Shown here: positions 46,501-53,714 of the stretch, in pieces
How the letters are laid out: each line of letters begins with the position of its first letter
Numbering within the stretch: the stretch's first letter is position 1
Assembly (NCBI GenBank): GCA_905178155.1
Contig: CAJINV010000001.1
Span: forward strand, 8,949,865 to 9,013,864
Reading direction: 5' to 3'
Length of the DNA: 64,000 nt
Source: Amoebophrya sp. A120
Lineage: Eukaryota; Protista; Dinoflagellata
Notes under the pieces: model-generated
The model's input: only the letters and a program-made list of their open reading frames with translations
What the model was told of the DNA's origin: nothing
The model's database searches: none
Made by a program: the position numbers and the translations under genes

Positions 46501-48016
46501 GCAAGTTGATCTGAAACCTTTGCTCTTGCAGACTGCCTTGAGTCTTCCCCGGAAGCTTGACAGTGACGGGTGAGGCAAAATGCACCGGGAGCGACACTTG
46601 CCGCGTCAATTTCTGATTCCGAATGTCACTCTTTAGCACCTTGCCCACTTGCCCCTGTAGCGCAGTTTGCAGCGGACCCTGCAACTCCGCGAAGTGTGGC
46701 GCCAGCTCGATCGGTGCCGCGGCTGACGTCGGTGTGCCGCCGGCTGTCTGCTCATGCAACCCACTCGCATGCGTGTCCGGACGGAAAATGACCTGCACGA
46801 AAACAACTGCGCCCTCGGGTCGCAACAGGAGGAGGTCGGATCCTAGAAAACGGTTGACGTTTCCGGTGTCGACACTCAAAGCCGCCATCACCCCGTCACT
46901 TCGGCTCACCGCCTCGGTGAGGGATTGGGTCAAGAGACGCAGTGGCGTTTTGATTTCTCTGCTACGGAGAAACCCTTCCTCGCCGGATGTCCCCCCGCCT
47001 GCCACATCAATCAGCCCGCGTGACAGCTGTCGCAGCGCGACGGCCCCCATACCGTCCGCGAAGAAGTCTATCCATGTCTCCGACGGTCTCACGCTGCTGG
47101 GGCGCGCTTCCTCGTCCCCCTCGTCGCTGGCCTCTGCGCCCTGTTGGTGCAGCCTCCTACTTTTTCGACCGGTGGATGACCGCGAAGAAGTGGACCTTCC
47201 GCCACGAGAGCGACCCGAACCTGACATCAGCTGCAGCCAAGTCAGTTTTTTGCCGCTTTCCTCGGTACTAGCACCACTTGAAACTGTCGTTGTTGCTGCG
47301 AGGTGGACCACCGAGTTGGTGGAGTTTCCCGGTGTCGGCAGCAGTGGCCCCAACTCGTCCCCGTCGCGGCCCGGGAGGCGACGCCCGCCATAGGTCTTGT
47401 GGCCGTTCTCCTTCTCGTTGCTCTCAGTCCTACCTCCTTGCTGCGCAAAGAAGCTGCTGAGCTGAGTGGTTTGGCCGTCGGGCGAAGTCTCCACGGACAG
47501 AACAAGGGGAGCTTCCAACGGTTTTTGATGTGCTCTCATCCCTTCTCGTGGTCCTGCACCTGCCGTGACTGTACTACTACTAGCGCCTGTAGCTGTATCG
47601 CCACGGGAGGACGCCGCTGGCATGGCCTGCGTATTTTCAAGAGGAGGTTGATTGCCTTGCGGCCCTTCGTCATCAAGATCATCCTCGGAAAAACGCGGGC
47701 TGCTCTCGCCGCCCGAGAAGTGGAGGTCCTCGATTGTGCTCAGATCGTCGCCGCCCTTTTGTTCATCTGCACCAGTCTGCGTCGCAGCTACGTTGCCAGC
47801 GGTGGGGACTGCGCGCAACAGACAGGAGCAACAGGAGAACAAAAAGATGCACAATGTACCACACGCTCGACCTGGCCGTCGAACAAGCACATTCAATTTA
47901 TTTGGAGGACGCCGACTCGATCTCGGAAACGACGCGGCCATCGTCTTCACCATGGTGGCCGACAAATCAACCATGATCCAATTTTTATGAAAGTATCTCC
48001 TCTCTTCGGTAAACAA
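43568..48016 (-). CDS. large hypothetical membrane protein
   Basis: 1482-aa intronless ORF with an N-terminal hydrophobic segment, an internal TM-like stretch, a Cys-rich juxtamembrane block and two C-terminal TM helices. Confidence 0.8.
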   Translation of the reverse strand: MFTEERRYFHKNWIMVDLSATMVKTMAASFPRSSRRPPNKLNVLVRRPGRACGTLCIFLFSCCSCLLRAVPTAGNVAATQTGADEQKGGDDLSTIEDLHFSGGESSPRFSEDDLDDEGPQGNQPPLENTQAMPAASSRGDTATGASSSTVTAGAGPREGMRAHQKPLEAPLVLSVETSPDGQTTQLSSFFAQQGGRTESNEKENGHKTYGGRRLPGRDGDELGPLLPTPGNSTNSVVHLAATTTVSSGASTEESGKKLTWLQLMSGSGRSRGGRSTSSRSSTGRKSRRLHQQGAEASDEGDEEARPSSVRPSETWIDFFADGMGAVALRQLSRGLIDVAGGGTSGEEGFLRSREIKTPLRLLTQSLTEAVSRSDGVMAALSVDTGNVNRFLGSDLLLLRPEGAVVFVQVIFRPDTHASGLHEQTAGGTPTSAAAPIELAPHFAELQGPLQTALQGQVGKVLKSDIRNQKLTRQVSLPVHFASPVTVKLPGKTQGSLQEQRFQINLQHLFPLPQTGDLVTFLIPVFSSSNSASPIMFSPGSVSAVTAVRYHVVSTNEKAANTARNKQQQQTFAGPEQITRGKKVARIALEAMPVENFLGLRGPQAYAPRIMLEDVAADSLRLLPPGTANPITPGQHQDYTQPQAQTSAPRATSSGGAFGARFGGFRVFASAGSSKQPGKKKKRAGGQLRVYRFFYDRARFARTLAPGGAAAAVSTERLHSVRLEEDYEFYRLLHFALKNLARLVRTFLESSQLLIPKKLLREYDNKKATSSGRVPASSDESSAGRSTSQRSSSKTDSKDTKREIRAQLGKRFTRYLEGLTKQILQATFAAFADDKSAAVKIQRADFAPPLHNGTQLLSLFPKLTDHILSVTENKLLLFPLQDSFLLMPKMHGFGFFAGVGGGGQSPTSTTYLGRGKAAASRMSDMLDMFGEMLGTPEDADVPDQAPVRFLLPIAKRVAQGIDFQHFASADVRSNYLLGVVGRARAPRAETQEKDGAEPVTTSARTTKRSFVQFLQGDRREQKQQTETSIMSQKKTRTRRPRGRKKTSRNVASGGSADALASQPASANATSAASAPAVSVPDVFPNVMASLPEAQLSGIVVGLLLLLQGALSISRRKVKEEHQNRNRNVGGASPPTTTTMAELIYYAPIVGGGGADSFAQSLFAKDGDATGSSRSRAGKDSGLDWSTVQSFVNVLPVLQVEWGRVLASGKRYLNPAEEKKEEGVPAVSSRSTERAPGRKRVASFFQILSRQKQGPPRRMESRSHIRDSASTLDSSRETAPAQPERERKGDAYLIDWLRGGRSRRQSEQPIVGALVRAQQPTSSEKVLRTELPTQKTRTKPSRSRDIKPKLSTGSLAPRKTTKCCSNIKMECCRNMQCSCLGKMKDCRQLMNTCRCSCCTSYSLCKVIELSVLFVIFLFFLGLFVIGLFVILDLLSPSGELGWLVVPIGANLPQWVVILAAGFCMIVFFGLLIRRCEGAGYCIAQ

Positions 48017-48292
48017 CTCTTTCCAAGGGTGTATCGAATCAGAACTTTCTATGGCATTTCAATTTGTTTATTTCCGTTTATTCGTCATAAAACACGTCAC
48101 GCGGACGAATAGTTTTTCAAAATAATTTTTATTTCAAGTTACAGGCGAGCATCAACAAATGACAAAAACCTAAATCTCACTCAAGTGCGCGACACAAATA
48201 TAGACAACAAATCTCTTCTGCTGTATCTCTTGAAGCCCTCGCTTGGTTCCAGTCGAACTCAGAAACGGAGTTTTTCTCGCGTCCGAAGGTTC

Positions 48293-48440
48293 GTTCCTCT
48301 TGTGCGCAAACGAAAATCCAATGACAGACGGATTGCGATTGTGGGCTCCTCACAATCGATACGCAAGAAAATATCCTTTCAGTTACGGCGTCGTCATGCA
48401 TGATGATTCGTCAGAAGAACATACTTTCCCTTTTTGCCAA
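48293..48440. repeat. intergenic dispersed repeat, copy 2
   Basis: Direct-orientation match to 42641-42785. Confidence 0.85.
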
Positions 48441-48928
48441 CCAAATCCACCGTGCAACCGACGTGGTGTCTGCGACGTCTAGTGGCTCTGGGAGCACTTG
48501 GAAAAAATGGTGGAGGTTTTGACTCAAGTGTACACGTCAAAATCAAATCCAACAAGGATGGGAAGTTCACAAGTGTTGAGTTTTTACATTTTTGCAAGGA
48601 TCGGGTGGGGCGAGCGTGAGTTGCATTTCGTGAGTTGCATTTTGTTCTCGTCATTAACCTTTTTCTTCGAAGGGAAACAGGAGAATCCGCACACAAGATT
48701 GATTTCATTTCGTACATTTTGACTTCTTAGCCAATCCTTACCATAAGGATACCACAACATGCGCCGTGGTACTGCATTTGCACTTGCTCTATCTGATTTT
48801 GGATAAGAATTGAGGACGCGGACATCGAGTAATTTACTATTTGTGTTGAAATTCATTAGTTCAGCAATTGCGTACTTCATTTGAGACGGTGTGAAACAGA
48901 TTAATCGTACAGAAAACATTGTAAGCAC

Positions 48929-51900
48929 TCAATCCCCAGGGTCCATCGGCGTTCCCTGTGGTGATACCACGGCTTCCAGTCCCCTTCTAGATTCGAGTCT
49001 TCCTGCATAATTTGCATTTGGTTCTTTTCGCACAAGTGTGCTTTCCTTTCGCGCCGCGGGAAGTAGAGGGGGTGACTCATCAGGAGGTGAGCTCTGTTGC
49101 TGTTCCAAAAAAGCGGCTTCTATCTGTGGTCTAGTTTTCGCATTCTTTTTTGTTCCAGTTCGACTTTTCATCCTAGGGGACGATTTTTGACTTCGGGGTT
49201 CTTCCCGCCCGCTATATCTGCTGTTTTCCGATTCAGGGCTAGTGCTGCGTTGGTGCTTCATCGTCCCGGTAGTCCGCAAACCAGGTTCCTGTGGCACGAG
49301 GGTTGGAACACGACTCGAGGTCCTGGTCCTCCGTATCCTAGTACTGTTTTGCTTCCCTTCAACATGATGATCTCCCCGGGCAACTACATTTTCCATATCA
49401 GCTGCTGTGGGCGAAGACGATGCTGCGTCGTGGTCGTCATCTAGTACTATGACGTGCTGATTTATGGCTTTGTGCTTCACGAACGAGTTGCGTTCCCGTG
49501 TTTCGAGGAAACTAATACTGAAATTGGAAGAATTGGAGTTGTTCGCCGGCACGGTGCCTGTTCCCGGTAGATTGTTGACCCCGGTTACGCCGTGCCCGAA
49601 CGTCGTATGCAAGAGAAAAACTGTGTTAGTGTAACTTTCGTTGGCTGACAGCATCACAAATTTCCTCCACATGACAGAGAAAATCTGTCATGCGTGGCTT
49701 GTAAGGGAGAACACACATGAAAAGAGGACTCCATGGTCGTTTCGCATGACAGGCGTACTTAACTCGTGTTGCACGTTCTGCATTACAGAGTTACACTTGC
49801 ACAATTTTTTTCTTGCATACGTCGGGTTCAGTGTCTGGTACCAAACTGAGATCGCGGCCGCCCACGAGGTCGCATAGCTGAAGAGCCCAGGCTGGGTGAA
49901 GTTGCACTCCCCGGCTAGACGGCATGGTTGGTCCTGATTGGGCCCGCAATCCTCCTCGAGGTAGTGGTCTGCATTTCCGCCCGGAGACGCGTGGGAGTAC
50001 ACTGCGGCCTGTACCTGCTCTGCGTGCAAAATGGCGTCCAGGTTTCCCACGGAACATCCGGCGGTTTTGGCCAGCAACCAGTGCGGCTCCGGGTAGTTCC
50101 TGGTTGCGCCGATCGACTGGACGAAATGCTCGCGCAGAATCTTGAAGTCGGTGGCCCATTGGGCGGGTTCCCCGGCCGATGCATCCGTCTCGCCCTGGTG
50201 CATCAGAATCGCGTCGACACGATCTGGGTGTTGGAGTTAATTCTGCTGGTATTATAAGTATCCTTTTTTCCAAAATCGCAAGTATGAACGACGCGCCATG
50301 TTGTCCTTACATTGTGTTGCAAAAAAAGCCGAAACTCATCGAACAACCGAACGGAAAGCAAGAATTTTATAGAAAGTGGCCGCTAGTGTAAAAATACTGT
50401 AGTGAAAGTGCAGCTCCATGTACACCGTATACAGGTCTTGGAAGAACCTCCCGTTGTAGTCTGTTAGCTCTGCAAGTGTTGGACTCTCCTTGGCCACTGA
50501 TGCGAACACAACTTCGCTGTAGTAACCGCCCGCGACCAATAGTTCCCCCACCGTCCCCCAGAGAGACCCACCGCAACCGGTCCCACCGATCACCGGCTCG
50601 CCGGGCCGAAGGGGCCACACGGACCCATCATATCAAATGCAAATTACTTGCCTGGGACTGGAACATTGCGGAGAACTGTAGTACTGCAGCTTGATACTGA
50701 CCGAGGGTGTCTGCGATGCGGGTTTTGAAAAAACTCGACTCCTCAATGCCTAGTTTGCAATTGCATGCAGGTGAAAATTCGCCTCGAATTCTCGCTACCA
50801 AAAATGGGTAGTTTTTCGTGCTGATGCGCTACGGATTTCCCTGTTCTTCAGAGCTCGCATCAGAAACTCGCACTCTTCCAGACCCCGACGTATTTGCAAT
50901 CCATACATCGTAGTAACTGTACACTTTTCCCGAAGCCTGCACGTAGTTCTGCTCCGTCAAGAGATGCCTGTTCTTGCTCAGAACCTCCTTGATTTCAATC
51001 AGAGCCGTCGAGTTGTTCTCCAAAGCGTCGAGCATTTCTGTTTTTTTTTTAGGGGTTGGCAGAATTTAAGGCTTTGGTCAAGGTTTTGCTTTGCAATTTT
51101 TCATTTTTTTTCTCTTCGCTCTGAATGGAAAAGGAAGGCGCAGACCATCCAGCCGAAAAAGCTCGCTGCGCCGATATCAACATCTCGGCCGGTATCCAGA
51201 CCAGCAGAAGTCGGGCAAAATGGAGGCCGCGCGCTTGCTGCTTCCAACCTCTCCCCCGGGTAAATACGATGCAGCCGCGGCGGCATTTTTCTCGGCTGCT
51301 GCTGACCTGGACTGCTGGCCAAGATATTAACCTCGATACCTCCCCAGAAGAACCCCAGACGCATGCCATCCGCCGCGAGGTATTTGGGCCGCCGGGCTGC
51401 TGGCTCGGCTTCTCCGCCCCCACATCTCATCCCGCGGTGGTGCATAACGGGGTCCGGGGGAAGAGGCTGAGCAGCTGCGGGCTTGCCCGGCTGGAGGTTT
51501 GGCCGGGTCCCGGTTGCCGCCAAGGCAGCAAGCTCTCGGCCAGGCTTTTTCGTGACAAAAGCGCACCAAAATGGAAACAGGTTCCGACTTTTTCCGGGAG
51601 CTTTCCCCGGGCTAAAGCTTCCGCCTTTGCCCTCGCTTTGCCCCCCCCTTTTGGCCGAACTTGGTGGCCTAAACTAGGCCGACACGGGCGCCCATATCTT
51701 GGCCAGGCGGCCTGCCTTTTCCTGCGAGTTCCCTGGAGCAAATGGCAGGGCGCCCGGCTTCTCTACCCCCGCATCTCGTTCCGCAATCTTGCGGGACGCC
51801 GTCCCGAGGCAAAGGTAGAGCACCTTCCTGGCCAACCACAGAGATGCTTGTCTCTGTAGTGGCTGCCGCCAAAGCAGCAAGGTTTTGGCTGCCGCCAACT

Positions 51901-52890
51901 CGACGGGAAGAGCCGTCGAGTTGTTCTCCAAAGCGTCGAGCATTTCTGTTTTTTTTACGGTTTAACTGCACGACGTCTTCCAAATTAAGCCATTGAAACG
52001 AGAAAAGCGAGTACATCTAACTACATTCTCTAGTCGAAAGCGGTAGCGGTTCAAAGAAAAAGGCCTATAGAAGTTTGAATAGATACCGCCAAAATTCCCA
52101 GCCGCCGCCTCGCCAAACGTCACAAAGACGCCGGGATGGGAGAGGATACTTGGAGGTTCGCCGGATATAGTGTCGGCGGGTGGATATCCTTGCGGCTCAT
52201 AGCGGTTATTTTCGCCCATTACGAAATCTTTACACATCCCCGCGTTCGCGCTGTTAAACAAATGGGTCCGATTTCTGGAATCCGGTTCATGCGGATCAAA
52301 ATCTATCAAACGCTCAACGGCGGCATCTTATCGTGATAGACATAGATGACCATGACAGCAACAAGAAAATAATTGAAACTAAAAGGGAAACGGAATCAAA
52401 ACTAACTAGAGGCTTGATAGTACTCTCTATGCCACTGGCCGGCGAAGATGAGAAGCAGGAGCAGCCCCGCCAATAAGCAACAGCAGAAAAGCACGCAACA
52501 CCCGCCAAGGATGGCAGCACCGCCAAACATGTACTCCAAACGGATCAGCGTTTCGCTTGAACCTGTCGGACCCATTGCAGGTGCCGGCATCTCTTCCGCG
52601 CTCCCGTCTATCGGCACCCCCAGCATGGCCTCGGCACTCTTCGGAACGGGTCCCGCCTCGCCTTTCGAAACCGGATCTTCCTTCGAAGCCGGATCTTCCG
52701 TTTTCTTGTCTGGCGGCTCTTTCTTCTCTTCCGCCTCAGGGTCTTTCTTTTCTTCGGCAGTGGTAGGAGGCGCATCTTTCTTTTGCTCCGGCAAGGCCGC
52801 CGCCTCCGCGGGAGCATCAGCTGCGGGAGCAGGCTCTTCCGCCGGAGCCTCCGCGGCTCCGCCATCCGCGGGCGGCGCAGCGTCGGCCAT
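48929..52890 (-). CDS. type II membrane protein with an SGNH/SASA (sialate O-acetylesterase-like) domain, catalytic residues apparently lost; multi-exon
   Basis: Acidic Pro/Ala N-terminus plus TM (52402..52890), then FVTFGEAAAGNFGG (GQSN block), YYDGSVWPLRPGEPVIGGTGCGGSLWGTVGELLVAGGYYSEVVFASVA, DAILMHQGETDA and GECNFTQPG..YATSW. The join around 52024-51038 is uncertain. Confidence 0.7.
49606..49819. mobile_element. introner family C, 214 bp, TATGCAAGA TIR, TSD CGTCG
   Basis: Inverted repeat tatgcaagagaaaaactgtgttagtgtaact / agttacacttgcacaatttttttcttgcata. CGTCG at 49601-49605 and 49820-49824. Removal restores LNPT-FGHGVTG. Confidence 0.92.
50631..50905. mobile_element. degenerate introner family A, 275 bp, TSD CATCA/CATCG
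   Basis: Ends tatcaaatgcaaattacttgcctgggactggaa and ttccagaccccgacgtatttgcaatccata. Removal restores YSYYD-GSVWPLR. Confidence 0.85.
51049..51908. mobile_element. 860-bp GC-rich insertion with a hAT-like left end and truncated right end, flanked by a 48-bp host duplication
   Basis: 51001-51048 is identical to 51909-51956. Left end is ttaggggttggca. The right end stops at gccaac; ggctgccgcca subterminal repeats are present. Confidence 0.7.
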
Positions 52891-53714
52891 ATCTTTACGA
52901 CTTTAGCGCATCTTCACATGATCACGGCCGCCTACTTGTGCCTCCAGAAAGGAGTTGTCTTCTCGTGCTGTGGTCTTCTTCGTCTTACTAATTCTAATGA
53001 ATCGCTTCAATACAACGACGGGAAGTAACTCAGCATTCGACGAGACAAGGTTTGACACACATCAGTCACGCCTGCACCGCAAGCTACTCATCTATTAATT
53101 TACTCTCAACAAAATCACTCTCGAACGAGCACGAGGGGAACAAGATTGATCGCATTACATCACGGAAGTGCTGACATATGTAGCAGCTGCAGCGATCTGC
53201 AGATATATGACATGATTGTCAACATTACCGTGACAGTGATTGACCTCTTTGCGTATTTTCTGTACCAAAAGCAGAGTCGCGTCGCTACGTACTCGTTAGA
53301 TTTAAACAACTAATCTTGCCATTGCTGCGCACGACTGATATTGCAATGCGTTCAGGAGGAACGTACTTAGTTGCAAGAATTGCAACCATAGGATCGAACC
53401 CAACCGGAGGCTGTCCAGCAAGCGAGTTCGAGAGTCGCTAGACTGCTGCAATAGTGAAGTCGCATAGATATGAGAAAGAGATAAAAGAGTAAGAGATTGG
53501 AAAGTAGAAAGATGTTGAAATTAGAGATTAAGCTAAGGATACGTCTTATTTCATTTTCAATGCGCGCTTGAGGATAAAGCACAGCCTCTGTCGCTACAAC
53601 TGCGTCGCTACGCTGTACGGCTTAGCATCTTCACCACGATCAAATGTGGAGCGTCGGGCGCCAGAACAATATCAGCTACCTTCGCTGCGGACTAACGAAT
53701 CATTGTAGCCAGGA

